NCBI RefSeq assembly: GCF_000372725.1
Contig: NW_005201176.1
Coordinates: forward strand, 222,038-286,037
From: Emiliania huxleyi CCMP1516
Taxonomy: Eukaryota
DNA: 64,000 bases
Reading direction: 5' to 3'
Every line of letters begins with the position of its first letter. Within the stretch, counting starts at the first letter, position 1. Under the pieces are notes generated by a model, which was given only the letters and a program-made list of their open reading frames with translations, was not told where the DNA came from and ran no database searches. Below are positions 47,129 through 59,242 of this stretch, in pieces. Made by a program: the position numbers and the translations under genes.

Positions 47129-47236
47129 GGAACTAGCCGGGGCAGTCGGAGAAGGGGCAACTCCGTGCACTGACGGCCGGCCGTCAGAAAACACGCCTGC
47201 GTGGATCGCGTCACACCTCTCCCACCCACCTCGAGA
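47129..47236 (+). mobile_element. Repeat family R1, short 3'-end copy
   Basis: Matches ~21799-21930 with a diverged middle; ends CCACCTCGAGA. Confidence 0.7.
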
Positions 47237-47300
47237 GCTCAAAAAAAACGGCCAGCGCTGGCCGTTTCCTGGTGCAAAGCGGGCGGGTCTCTTCGCACAG

Positions 47301-49892
47301 ATGGTGGACGACTCCGGCGGCGAGCCGATGCTCGATCCGGACCACCCTATGCTGGCGCGCGTGCAGGAGGCGCTGCGGCGCCAGATGAGCAAGGCGCGCG
47401 AGGTCAAGGTGCAGAGGCTGCAGGACCAGCGTGAGGAGTTGGCGCGGCAGGTGCGGAAGCGGGAGGACGTGGGCGTCAAGCTGTACCAGGCGCAGCAGCA
47501 GCTGGCCAAGCTGCAGATGGGTCTGGAGAAGGCGCACGACAACGGTGCCCTCGTCCACCAACAGCGCGAGGAGGCGGAGGCGGAGCTCGGCCGCGTGCGG
47601 GGCGCGTATGGCGAGGCGCTCGGCGAGTCCAAGGAGCTGCGCGGGCGGTACGAGAAGTACCAGTCGGAGCTGGACCAGCTGGCGGCGACGATCCGCCAGG
47701 TCGAGGCCTTCAACGAGCAGATGCGCTCCGAGATAGCGGTGACGCGCCGTGCGACGTACAAGGCCGAGGAGGCGGTCTCGAAGCTCGAAGGCGACAAGCG
47801 CTCGCAGGACCACCTCATTGACGCACTGTCGGAGCGGCTCAAGCGGGAGCAGGAGCAGCTGTCGCTCACCGAGGCGCAGATCACCTCGCAGCGCAAGGAG
47901 TCCGAGGGCGCCCAGTCGACCTTGCGCGCCGCGTCGGAGGAGATGGAGGCGATCCGGTTCGAGAAGCGGCAGCTGCAGGCGCAGTGGAAGACGTCGCTGG
48001 TCGGGCTCGAGAAGCGGGACGAGGCGCTGCAGGCGGCGGAGGAGGCGATCCGGAAGCAAGGCGAGCAGCGGAGGACGCTGGAGGCGCAGTCGGCCGGGCT
48101 GCGCAAGGCGGTGCTTGCGGAGGAGGAGGGCCATGAGCAACTCACTTCCACGTCCAACAAGCTCGGGGCGGAGCTGCGCGGCGTGGAGGCGCAGATCGAG
48201 GCCGGCCGAGAGAAGCGGGCGGCGGCCGAGGAGAGGGTCGCGCTCATCCACAAGTCGCTCGAGCAAACGGAGGCGGAGATCGCGCGCGAAGGCGCTGATT
48301 TTGCGCAGAGGCAGAGGGAGGTTGCGGCCGTGGAGGGCCAGGTGCAAAAGGTGCAGCAGGCGGCGCGCAGGCTCGAGGAGTCGGTGCTGAGCAGCGTGGG
48401 CGAAAAGGTGGCGCTGGAGCGCGGGACGCACCACGCGATGCAGGAGGCCAAGAAGGTCCGCCAGAAGATCGACGAGAGCGAGACGGCCGAGGCGCAGCTG
48501 CGGAACGAGCTGGCGCGGCTTAAAGTGGACGGCCTCAACGTGCGGTCGCACTCGGCGCAGCTCGAGTCGCAGCTGGCGGAGCTGAACGAGGAGCTCGAGG
48601 AGGCGGATGGCGTGGCGCGGCAGTACGAGGTGGAGTCGCGCCGGCGGGAGGTCGAGGTGGAGAAGAAGCAGCACGAGCTCGACGGGCTGAACCGCAAGTT
48701 CGAGGCGCTGATGGAGAAGCGGGCCGGTGTGGCGGGGCTCGACGAGGACGCGGGGCCGCTCGAGGCGACCATCGCCAGCCTGAAAAAGGAGATCGGTGCT
48801 AAGGCGGCCGATTGCGCCCAGACGCAGCAGCGGTGGGTGCAGAAGCAGGCCGAGCTGGTGGCGGTCGAGACGTCCAATGGCGGAGTGGCGGACGCGATGC
48901 ACGAGCAGCGCAGCCGGCTTGCGATCCTGAGGCAGAAGCAGCTGCGATTCGCCGCGGAGCTGGAGGGCGAGCGCAAGGAGCGCAAGGCGGTTGAGCGCGC
49001 CTCGGAGAGCCAGCGGCTCGAGATGAGCAAGGTGAACCGCGCGGCAGCGGAGTTCGAGGGCAAGCAGTCGGCGCTTGCTGAGGAGAACTATGCGATGGAG
49101 GCCGGCTTCAAGCAGCGGCTCAAGGAGTGCGAGGTGGAGGCGCTCGAGCTAGAGGCGAGGATCATCTCACTCAAGGAGGAGAAGGAGCAGTACCTGCTCG
49201 ACGTGACCGAGGCGGAGAAGCAGGCGCGCCTCATCGAGGAGAAGATTGCTCTTCAGCGTGAGACGCGGGCGGCGCTCGACCCGACGGTTGGCGCGTCCGA
49301 GACGCGCGCGATGCAGCGCGAGATCCACCGGATGCAGCTGCGCTACTCGCAGCTGCAGCGGCGGCAAGAGATGATGGTGGCCGACATGGAGCGCAATGTG
49401 TACAAGCGCGACAACATCGAGGCCAAGGGGAAGACTGCCGCGGGCCGCAAGGGCGCTCCGCCGACGCAGGCGGCGCTGCGCAAGCAGGTGGACGAGCTGA
49501 GCAAGAAGCTGCGCGCGACGACGCAGGAGGCAAACGTGACCCAGCTCGAGGTCAAGAAGCTGCTGGCGGCGCAACAGGCGCGCGGCGAGGAGGTCGACCG
49601 CGCTCACCGCGCGTGCGAGGAGGCAAAGGCGGCGGCACGGGAGATGCAGCGGGCGGTGGCAAACCAGGAGCTCGAGGCGCGGCTGCTCGAACTCCCCCTC
49701 CGGCAGCACGAGCGGCTGGTTGGCAAGCTGCGCGCGGCGGCGGACGGGTCGTACCAGCCGACCGCGCAGCTCAGCCAGCAGCTGGCGGAGAGCGAGGTAG
49801 TGGCGGTCAGGCTGCAGCAGGTCGCGAGCGAGCTGAGCGCGCACTTTACACACTTGGCGCCGCAGATTCAGGCCGCGGTGGCGGCTACCTAG
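47301..49892 (+). CDS. CCDC40: Coiled-coil domain-containing protein 40 (axonemal ruler, FAP172), intronless
   Basis: LDPDHPMLARVQEAL, REDVGVKLYQAQQQLA, QDHLID, GPLEATI, EIHRMQLRYSQL..QE.MV.DMER.V.KRD.I. Confidence 0.9.
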   Translation: MVDDSGGEPMLDPDHPMLARVQEALRRQMSKAREVKVQRLQDQREELARQVRKREDVGVKLYQAQQQLAKLQMGLEKAHDNGALVHQQREEAEAELGRVRGAYGEALGESKELRGRYEKYQSELDQLAATIRQVEAFNEQMRSEIAVTRRATYKAEEAVSKLEGDKRSQDHLIDALSERLKREQEQLSLTEAQITSQRKESEGAQSTLRAASEEMEAIRFEKRQLQAQWKTSLVGLEKRDEALQAAEEAIRKQGEQRRTLEAQSAGLRKAVLAEEEGHEQLTSTSNKLGAELRGVEAQIEAGREKRAAAEERVALIHKSLEQTEAEIAREGADFAQRQREVAAVEGQVQKVQQAARRLEESVLSSVGEKVALERGTHHAMQEAKKVRQKIDESETAEAQLRNELARLKVDGLNVRSHSAQLESQLAELNEELEEADGVARQYEVESRRREVEVEKKQHELDGLNRKFEALMEKRAGVAGLDEDAGPLEATIASLKKEIGAKAADCAQTQQRWVQKQAELVAVETSNGGVADAMHEQRSRLAILRQKQLRFAAELEGERKERKAVERASESQRLEMSKVNRAAAEFEGKQSALAEENYAMEAGFKQRLKECEVEALELEARIISLKEEKEQYLLDVTEAEKQARLIEEKIALQRETRAALDPTVGASETRAMQREIHRMQLRYSQLQRRQEMMVADMERNVYKRDNIEAKGKTAAGRKGAPPTQAALRKQVDELSKKLRATTQEANVTQLEVKKLLAAQQARGEEVDRAHRACEEAKAAAREMQRAVANQELEARLLELPLRQHERLVGKLRAAADGSYQPTAQLSQQLAESEVVAVRLQQVASELSAHFTHLAPQIQAAVAAT

Positions 49893-50291
49893 CCATGGAT
49901 CACCCGCGCCTGCCACCACCGCCACCGGCCGGTCCGGCGGGCGGCCGAGACGGGCCGCCAGTTTGTGGGGTCGTCTGCAAGACGTCTTGGCAAGAGCCGT
50001 CGGGCGCGGTCGCAAATATATCTATATCAGGGAGGTGGGCGCGGAACTCTTCTGTCTTGGGGCGTGCTCGCTGCTGTCTGCTCTCGAACATCAGAGGATA
50101 CATGTATTGTTTCGCCGTTTAAAACCAGAGGGTCGGTCCCGAACACGGCGCGACCACGCCCACACTCAGGCACAGGCCACAGCCACATTACGGCTTTATA
50201 GAGAGCCGTACGGTCGCGAGCTACATATGTACGCAAAACAGCGGAAAGATTCTCACCCTACCCGTCTCCGTCTCCCTGCACGCCTTAAACC

Positions 50292-51472
50292 TCACTCCGG
50301 GAGGTCATAGACCGACTCACGCATGCACCACTCCCGCGTGCTCTGCTCGTAGGCCGCGTCGCCGCCCGCGAAAAACGCCGCGCCTTGACCGCACGCGCGC
50401 TCTCTCCGCGCGGCGTCGTAGGCGGCCTGTAGCTCGGCGTAGTTTCCAATCTTTTCGCGCAGCGTCGGGCTCCGGTCCTGCACGTGGTACCGGGTCGCCG
50501 CGTTCGCAAGGACGCCGCTGACGCCGCGCCGCGCCCAGCAGCACGAGTCGACGCGCGCGAGCCGCTCCACCACGAGGTCTGCCTTGGCCTCCACGGATGG
50601 CAGCGCATTGAACTCGTCGTAGCCGATGTCGACCGCCGGCGGCCGCCGCCTTGTCCCGTGTGGGCAGATGCCGTGAGCGAGGCAGCGCAGGCACGCGGCG
50701 CCCGCCACGTCCCTGTCTAGCTGGTCGAGCGTGTGCGGGATGGACAGGTTCAGCTTGCAGTCGGTCGAGTCGGCGTTGACGAAGCCAGAGCAGCCGCCGC
50801 TGATCTTGGCCGCGGAGACCTGACGGGTGGCAGGTGGGGCCACCCAAGTGGATTCAAGGAGGTGGAGCGTTGAGGGCCGAGACACAGGGCGCCACACCCT
50901 CCGGTGGAAAAAGTTGCGCCGCAGCCACAGCGAGCCATCGGTCCTCGCGCGGCTGATGCCGGTGTTATCCGCCCGCTTCCAAAGGTCGAGGCACTGGTGT
51001 CCGAATATCTTGAAGGTGACGGTAGGCCGGCCCAGCGCGCGGCCGAGCTGCTCCGCAATGCCGACAGCCCGCGCAGGCTTTTGACGAAGAAGGCGCTGCA
51101 GCTCGGCCGTGACGCCTTTGTGCTCGTGGCCGCTGCGGTTGCTGCCAGCGCCGAGCTGCTCGATGAAGAACGAGACCGCGCGCGCCGCGAGGTGAGCGGA
51201 GTGGATGTTGAGGTGCGAGAAATAGTTGAACAGCTCGAAAAGGGGAAGCACGTGAGGCGAGTCCTATGCGGAGGCAGGGCGGGTGGGCGGGTTGCGATCC
51301 ACGGCGTTCGTCGCGTCTGCGCCCACACCTTGCCGCCGGGGGACATCAGGCTCATGAAGACCGAGGAGCCGGAGCGTGCGTCCGAGAGGAGCGGGATCAC
51401 GCGCGGGCCTCCGGCGCAGGTGGCGACGCCGGCGGGAGGCATGCGAGTGCAGCACGCAGGCGGGCGATTCAT
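50292..51472 (-). CDS. Sulfotransferase-like (Stf0/P-loop type) protein, with introns
   Basis: LLSDARSGSSVFMSL (5'-PSB motif), then ELFN, FKIF, LWLRRN, IGYDEF and EKIGNYAEL; intron ~51255-51328. Confidence 0.65.
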
Positions 51473-52633
51473 TGTAGCGGGGAGTGATAAGGCGGCCTCC
51501 TGTCTGCTCACTTTCGCGACTTTGGTCCGGCACACGTGCGTTTCACGGCGGCGTCGGCGGCGCCCGCCGCGTGAAAAAAACTACGCCTCCCTACCAGTAT
51601 AAATACCGGGGGATTGGAGTGGGAGTCAGAAATGTGGTACTTGCGCGAGGGGAGCTCGATAGACTTGAGGGGCCAGGATACGCCACGAGGAGGACGGAGT
51701 TGCGCCGAAAGGCGAAAGTTGGCATGCATATACTTTTCCGCGGCAAACAAAAAGGAAAACAGAGGGTCCCCAGCACTTTGCGTTTCCGGAAATTTCCAGG
51801 GAAAACAGAGGGTGTTTGGTGCTCCATTCTGGAAACTCGCGAGTTTCCCTGAGTCTGAGAGCTGGTCTGGGGCAAAATCTGAGGCAAAATTGAGGAAATC
51901 GGCACGATACCCAGGCGGTCGCAGGGACCAGGGTATTTTTCAGGTATACCGGGGGTTTCCAGGTATACCCGCAAATACCCGGTATTTCGCAGATTTGGCT
52001 GATTTTGGGCCGGCCCCAAACGAGCCTCAGACTCGGGTCTCGGCTCAGAGCCCGGAAAATTTGATGGTTTCCCCGGGAAAAGAGAGAGGAAAAGAGAGGG
52101 TGCTGTAGAGAAAAAAGGAAAGGAAAAGAGACGGGGTGCGAGAGGAAAAGTATATTCAGCCTAAGGCGAAAGAAGCCGCGAGATCAAGGGACCGGCAGGC
52201 GGCGGCGCCGCAGGACGAGGCAGAAGAGAACGACGCGACAGAGGAGGAAGTGACAAGGGAGAGAACGACGAGAGTGGGACGGCCGCGAGGTGGCATGAAG
52301 GTTGCAGCGAGAAGCGGCGAGAGACTGCGAAAAGAGATACGAAGAAGCAGACTCCCCAGGGTGGGCGACGGCTAGCGCATCACACTCCTCTCCTTAAAAT
52401 CCCTGTGTGGTGACGGCGTGCCGTTCTCCCGATCCCTCCCTTGGGTTGTCTGTTTTCTTTCTTTCTTTCTTTCTACCGGGGGATTTCAATTACAAAATGA
52501 ACTCGGGGGCACGGGACGCGGCACAAATACCGGGGGAGCTATTGTTTTGTTATCGACGAGTACGATCCGAAAACCGCAATTCGTTTTTATATCTCTCTCT
52601 CTCTAAACACGGCACAATTCTTTTTAACGGGCC

Positions 52634-53199
52634 ATGGCGCCCCCCGCTCATCAAGCCACCGGCTTCCGAGCGCCTCGTGCTGATCCCAGCCATCAACAAG
52701 AGGAACACGACTGGCTACAAGAACGTGAGCTACAGCCGCAGCGAGAAGAAGTTCCACGCGCAGTTGCAGGTGCCGGATGGCGGCAAGCAAGTCCCTCGGC
52801 TACTTCGCCACCGCCGAAGAGGCGGCCACCGCCTACGCTCGCTCAGAGTACGGCCGCGCCGACGCCGCCAAGCTGCTGCAGCCCCGCCCTGCTCCCACTG
52901 CCGCTGGCGCTGAGGCGATACGGCAGGCGGGGAGGGAGGGCCTCACCCTGGCCGCCAGCAGCAACATCAGCGGCTACAAGAACGTGATCAAGCCGAAGGA
53001 GCGAAGCAGCAAGAAGTACAAGTTGTCGGTGACGGTTGGGAGCAAAAATGTGCACCTCGGCTACTTCGCCACCGCCGAGCAGGCGGCGCTCTTCTACGCC
53101 CGCAGGGAGGCGGGCAGGGACACCAGCGATCTCACCGCGCCGCCGCCGCCGCCGCCGCCACCCGCGCCTTCCTCTGCTACTGGCGCCGAGCTAGGCTGA
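52634..53199 (+). pseudogene. AP2-like DNA-binding repeat protein, frameshift near 52790
   Basis: Two units NxxGYKNV...LGYFATAE(E/Q)AA..YAR split between ORFs 52408-52913 and 52777-53199. Confidence 0.7.
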
Positions 53200-54440
53200 G
53201 TTAGAGCGAGTTCGAGTGGTGTACGTACGGCGAGGGCCCTCCATGCCCCTTGGTAGCTCCCGCCAGCGGCCGTTTGCCCGGCTGTGCTTTCACAGCCACA
53301 CACACTCTACCTCCGACCCCAGGGCCTAGGCGGCCCGCCATGAAATCTAGCCGTGTGTGCTGGCGTCCGGGTCCCAGCGGATTTTCACGTAACAAGAGCG
53401 TACGCTTTACAGAAGCTGCGCAGCTCGAGCCACCAGCAAGGGGAAGCCGCGCTCCGACAAGGGCAAGCCGAGCCCGAGGTGGGTCCTCGGGGGCCCAGGG
53501 CCGACTCGGTGGAGACGGCGGCCCGCATGGGGGTACTGGCGACCTTCTACCTCCGGCACGCCTATGGACGGGACAGCCCGAGGCTGCACGAGGAGGGCGG
53601 GGTGCTCTCCGCGAATGGGGGGGTGCTGTGCGCGGGGTGCGGAGAGGAGGCGCCCGGGCTCGGGGCGCGGGACGGGAAGGGGGGAGGCGGCGGCGGGGGC
53701 GGCGTGGACGAGGAAGGGGGGGGCGGCGCGGGGGGGCGGGGGAGGAAGAGGGGGAGGGACTTGATTGAGGAGGGGGCGGTGGGGGTGGAGGGGGGGGGGG
53801 GAGGGGGGCGTGTCTGGGGAGATGGGGGACCGGGTGGGGGCGGGGGAGGGCCGGGGGGGTGGGGGTGGCGCGACCAGTGACGCCTCCTCCACCACCTCCA
53901 CCACCGCATCGACACCACCACCGAGATGCTCTGCGTCGAGAGCGACAGTGTTGGCTTCATGCAGTGAAGCGTAAGCGTGCTGCACCGACTGCTCGTCCGT
54001 CGGCAGTCGCTGCCGGCCGGCTGCGCCGACGCCGTTGACGACGCTGGCAGCGCCGCTGTTACCGCCGGTCGCAGTACCGTCGTCAGCGGCGGCGCCGCCG
54101 CCGCCACCAGGTGGGCGAGCAGAGTCGGCAGGCATGCACCTGCCGACCGTTAGACTTATTCACATGCTGGGCAAGCGGTACGGCCAAGCGTCCGTTGAAG
54201 AAGAAGGTCTCGGCGATGATCTCCTGCGTCGCCGTGAGAACATTCGGAGACGGCATGCTGAAGCTGTAGATGTCGAAGTCGACGAAGACGTATCCCACCA
54301 GTTGTGGTTGACCGCGGAAGAGGCGATGGCCAGGTATTCGGTTGCCGACTTGAGGGTGCTGTAGTTGCCGATTCCAGGGTCCAGGGGTTTTTTTACGTGC
54401 GATCCGGAGGCAATCAGTAACCGGAGGCTGGTTACTGAGT

Positions 54441-54640
54441 AGCAGATACCTAATAACGCGAGTAGCTAATAACAAGCTAATTATTAGGCAAATAACAGCG
54501 CGTATTCGGTGCTTATTAGGCTAATAACGCGAGTCAAGCTAATAACAAGCTAATTATTAGGTATATGCTAATAACTAGGTACGTTATTAGGCTAATAGTT
54601 TGATAGTGATTCTATCTAATAAAACCATTGAGATGTCTGC
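54441..54640. repeat. AT-rich CTAATAA/TTATTAG element with nested inverted repeats
   Basis: AGCAGATACCTAATAA (54441-54456) versus TTATTAGGTATATGCT (54554-54569), 15/16 reverse-complement match. Confidence 0.7.
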
Positions 54641-56431
54641 TCTATTTACTTACTTAGATCTATTTATAAACCATTGATGCAGAGAGGTGGTGGAAAAGAT
54701 AGCCCCCTCGCAGGGTCCAGGGTCCAGGGAGCAGGGAGCTTCTGCGAGACGGCCGCCAGAAAAAAGAACCCGGGAATTCGTTGGCACAGAAACACGAACC
54801 AACTTATTACAGAATTTTATTACAGAAACAACGCATCGTGAAGACGAAGAAAAGCGCCGCGCACCACAAACACACAGCTCCCTCTTCTCATTTCGTACTA
54901 CATGGCACACTTCGCCCGGCCATCTGATTGAAGCACAAACAAAAAAAGCCAGAGCAGGACTTCGTTGGTGATGAGCACTATCTTGCTCACTAACCCGTCT
55001 CAAAACAAGGTAGCATGCATTTCCTCCCTCGCTCCTCGAGAGCATCATCTGGCTGGGCTGGCGCGCCCCAGAGGCCGAGCCACTTGAGAGGTCCTCACAC
55101 AGCCAGCACACAGCTGGAGGTCCTCATCGGAGGTCCTCTCACCTCAAAGGTCCTCCACCTCGAGGGTCCTCACTAGCAGATGGAAGCGCTGGGCCTCATC
55201 TGCGTCATCACATGCAGCAGTAGCGTGCGCTCCGTGCGCACAATGCCGCTCTCCCTGCATGCTAGCTCGTTCGCCGTCTCAAGTGGCGAACAATGGACAA
55301 CCCTCAGGGTGCCGCAGACCTCCTTTCCAAAGCCTCCGTAGTCTCGAAATCGAACAAACACACACCCCACTCTCCTCTCGCACGGCGACTCGGATTTCGG
55401 CGGAACTATCTCTGGGAGCTGTGGGGCAGGCTGCGAGCGTGGCGACGAGGAGGTTGGAACACGGCAATGCCCGAGACGTGACTCTCGAGACAGACAGACG
55501 GCTTTATCAACGCGGATGGAGGCCCAGTCAGCAGGCTGCAGCTACCAGGCGTGATTGAGCTAAACCAGGCACGATCGTCGGTGGGCCTTCTTGGTCGGGT
55601 CGCTCCTCCTGGCATGGCGCTCGGCCTGCGAGCACGGGCGGAGCGAGCGGTGAGCGGGCAGTGTGCCGCCGGACGGGGAGCTCCGTCACCCTATCGCGGA
55701 GCTCTGGTCCCGCCCCTGGGCCGGGATGCGACCCACAATAAGACCCGTCCCACCCGAATCGCATCTGCCGGGAACGGCCTCCTCGAAACGGAGGCGCGGC
55801 GCGGGCGGCGCGCGGGGCAAACGGGCGCACCTTGGGGGCTCCGAGGGGCTTGCGGACGGGCTTTCAGGCGAGCCGCGGACCGGCGCCGGGTTCTCTCCGC
55901 GCCGCGAGCCAGGCGGGGCCGAAGAGGAGGACGGACCGCTCTCAGCCCCCCCCTGCCAGAGACCTCGCAGGCAGACCGCCTGCTCAGAGTTTGACCATTT
56001 TATTTATTTCTCGCTCCCCCCTCGCGAAGAGTGTTGAGGGGGACGTGTATATTCCCCCGACGGCCTTTGCCTGACACATATCCCGCACAACTGTGAACGG
56101 TGACTCGAAGATGTGACCGCTCTCTGCGTCAATCGCTCTACGCGGAGAGCGAGTCGTAAGGCAGCCTGCACTTTCCTCGTCCGCTCGCGCTTGCCGCGCC
56201 GCATTGCGCCCGACTATGCCGCCGCGAGCTGCACGCCTAGACCCCCGCGACGCCTATTGCTCACGGAACCCGCCGCCCCCTCACCACCCCTACCATGCGA
56301 TGCGCCGCCGCGCGAGCGGCTGCACCCCCCTCGGCCTCGCACCGCCTGCCTACTCCCGCTCGCAGGTACAGCCGCTGCCATCGAGGAGGCCGCGAGACGC
56401 GTCCGCTGCTGCCCATTCCCCACCCTTGTCT

Positions 56432-57307
56432 ATGGCGACCATCGTGGCCGCAGCCCTGTGCGCAAAAGTGGGAGGGGACGCTCAGGAGCAGCCCGTCCTG
56501 TGGTGCGACCACGTCGCTGTCGACGAGGCTGCGTGCCCGCCTAAGTGGCTGCAAAAAGCGCCCGAAGGTCTCGCCCCCATCGTGGCTGTGACTGCATACC
56601 ACGTGAGTCTCGACGGCTCGCTTGGTGTGTGTGGCGACAACAGCACGGTGGACGGTTCGGCCTATCGGATGTGCGAGTGGAAGGGGGACGAATCGCCTGA
56701 GGAGCTTCTCTCGAGAATCGCTCCCACGACGACAACCTTCGCGGCCGTGTACAATGACATGAGTGCGGTGGAGGACCCGTATTACAACGGCGGTTTCGGG
56801 CTCTACATGCTGCGTAGCATGATCTCTCAGCGCGAGGCGTTCATCTCCAAGCTAGTCTCTGCGGTAGTCAAGCGCGGCGCCCATGGCGTCACATTTGATC
56901 TCGAGCTCTGCTGCCCTGACGAGCGTGGGCGCTCGTGCGGCGGTCTCCTGCCGACAACAGACGACTCTATGGCCTACGCGCGGTTCCTCTCTCAGCTCGG
57001 CGATGCGCTCCACACGGCCGGCAAGCTGCTTCACGTTATGGCGCGGCAGAGCTGCTGGCAAGATGAAGCGATCCTCGTGCGTTCCGCCAAGAGCGTCGAC
57101 CGATGGCTGAGTATGACCGCGGCCGCAGTGCCAGCGACGCAGCGACGTCTTCGCTCGCACAGTCGATTCCCATTCCCGACACCCAACGGTTCTCGTTTTA
57201 TCCTCGGCGATGGCAGCTTGGCCTCGGGCTCCGTCGGCAGCGACAAGTGTGACCACTGCCGGCGCGTTCGGCAAATCCTTTTCTCGGCTCAGCCATGCCT
57301 GTGCTAA
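56432..57307 (+). CDS. Glycoside hydrolase family 18-like protein
   Basis: REAFISKLVSAVVKRGAHGVTFDLE...YARFLSQLGDALH..GKLLHV...VDRWLSM follows the GH18 barrel; the DxxDxDxE motif is degenerate; 3' end may be spliced. Confidence 0.6.
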   Translation: MATIVAAALCAKVGGDAQEQPVLWCDHVAVDEAACPPKWLQKAPEGLAPIVAVTAYHVSLDGSLGVCGDNSTVDGSAYRMCEWKGDESPEELLSRIAPTTTTFAAVYNDMSAVEDPYYNGGFGLYMLRSMISQREAFISKLVSAVVKRGAHGVTFDLELCCPDERGRSCGGLLPTTDDSMAYARFLSQLGDALHTAGKLLHVMARQSCWQDEAILVRSAKSVDRWLSMTAAAVPATQRRLRSHSRFPFPTPNGSRFILGDGSLASGSVGSDKCDHCRRVRQILFSAQPCLC

Positions 57308-59089
57308 TGGGGGTCCTACAGTCGAGTATCGCCGCCGCAAAAGGCGAAAGCGCTGCGGCGGCCACTGTGAAACGATGGCCTCTGCAGGCAACCCGCCCGC
57401 TCCTCCCGTAGCTGAGCATCCACGGCGAGATTCGCATGCCGCACCCGCCCTTTGCCAGACCTCGCTGCGTCACATGGCGCCGTCACCACAGCGACTGGGG
57501 GAGAGGGGAGGGGGGGGGGGGGGGGGGGAGTACGTCCGCCCCTTAATGGGAGATCTACGGATACCGCACCCCATAGAGGCAGACCAACCAGGTTTGCGGG
57601 CGTCCCGGTCGGGTGCACCCCCACAAAGGCAGAAGAGTAATCATAACCTCCAGTATATAGCCAAGGGGAAAGGGTTACAGTATAGTGAAATTATCCTCGC
57701 ATACAGAATGTATAGAGCTTGCTCCATTCTCGTAGAGAGCTTGAGCCGGGGTAGAGGGAGCGGACCGTGAGTTGAGGAAATCGGAGGACGCGACCCACTT
57801 CGCCACAGACGGTCCCGCGCCTCGCCGCTAAGACGGGTATACGACCGCGGCTCGTGTGCGTGTACCCGTCTTTGTCCGGAGTGAAAAGTCCAACGCGCTC
57901 GTCGGTGACGGCGTCCTCCAACCTGCGCCGCGCTCGGCGAACCTCGACAGCGCTTTCGGTGGCATGCAGCTCTTTGCGCCTGAAGCCTGGAGAGCAGCTC
58001 CTCTGCTGCTCACACACTCTGCACAGTTGACACAGCCTACTGTGCGGCTGCCACAGCTGTCACAGCGATGGGCTCGCCCTCACTGGCCCTCAGTCACTTG
58101 TGCTGCGGCTTGTGTGAGCGACACTGCTCGGCGACTGCCGGCACACTGTGAGACCATGGGTGTGAGGTAAAACCACGCTACCAGCGCTTGGTCACATTAG
58201 CCCCGAGGTCAGATCCTTCTACTCTGTTGATGACAAGACTTGTCTACTGGCTAAAGCCGAGCAGGAGGGCCCAGCGCACAACCCCTGGTCAACTCAGGGT
58301 CCACACCCCGTAAAGAGGGGGGGGGTACATTTTCAAATTTATGGGCCACACGAAATCGTGGCTGTCGGGCCCGCCAAGATCCCGACCGGAAGAAGCCTCG
58401 CAAACCGCGTCGTGAATGGAAGGGTCCAGGATCTTGTGGGCGAATGGGCTCATCCCGCGGATCGGCTCGTCCCGGCCTCGCGTAACCGTAAGGATCTATA
58501 GAAATACTTGGACAAAAGAGGTTCACTGCAGTGAAAGAGCGGTTTGAGGGGTAGGCAAAGTGTAGCGTAGATAAAGGTCTTGCATCGGAGAAGGGCGCGG
58601 GGAGTACTCGGAGCGGTGGTAATAGAGGGCGGAAGGCACGGGTCCTGTGCAAGGTCGAGTTTTGGGGAAGACGGCACGGCGGGCAAGGTGGCGTGATGGG
58701 CAAAAAACGGCCGCGGAGTGCGAGTTTGGGGGAAAGGGAGTGGTCTTGCAACTGACGAGGGGGTAAGGGTAGTAGAGAGAAGGCGTATGCACTCCGGCAT
58801 ACATGGAAATCTCTGCGCAACATCGGAAGATCCTTGGACTGTAGATCGTAGATGCCTTTTAGAGATCTCTTAAGTGGCAAATCTCCTGCCAAGAGCTGCA
58901 GTAGATTGAAGAACTGGTGGAGGCAAATCTTCTCCGGTGTAGATGCTCGAGAGGAGTCTGAGATCTCGCGTTTGGTGCGTGCAGTCGCTTGAGATCTTGC
59001 GACAGAGGTGGAGATTCTGACTTCGCGCCAAAGGCGCCTATGACGTCGTGTCTGTTTCATCTCTGCAACTGCATCTGCGAGGAATTGTA

Positions 59090-59138
59090 CCCTACCCTAA
59101 CCGCTAACCCTAAATCTAACCGCTAACCCTAACCCTAA
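59090..59138. repeat. Interstitial degenerate telomeric repeat (CCCTAA)n
   Basis: CCCTACCCTAACCGCTAACCCTAAATCTAACCGCTAACCCTAACCCTAA. Confidence 0.75.
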
Positions 59139-59242
59139 TGCACGGTACAAGAAAAGGAATTTGCGCCAACTCTGATCCTCAGGCGAGCACTCAGAACGCT
59201 GTCTGCGAAAAAGAAAAAGAAAAAGCCCTGCACGCACCAACA

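Noticed and set aside
47114..49063. 649-aa and 563-aa minus-strand ORFs
   Set aside because: Antisense shadows of the GC3-rich CCDC40 gene; the same applies to 22188-24359 and 17353-19020.
53250..56100. Assorted short ORFs and G-rich tracts
   Set aside because: No recognisable motifs or consistent codon bias.
10492..57307. Polysaccharide gene cluster (GT61, sulfotransferases, GH18, vWA protein)
   Set aside because: The genes are spread over 45 kb among unrelated genes, so there is no evidence of clustering.
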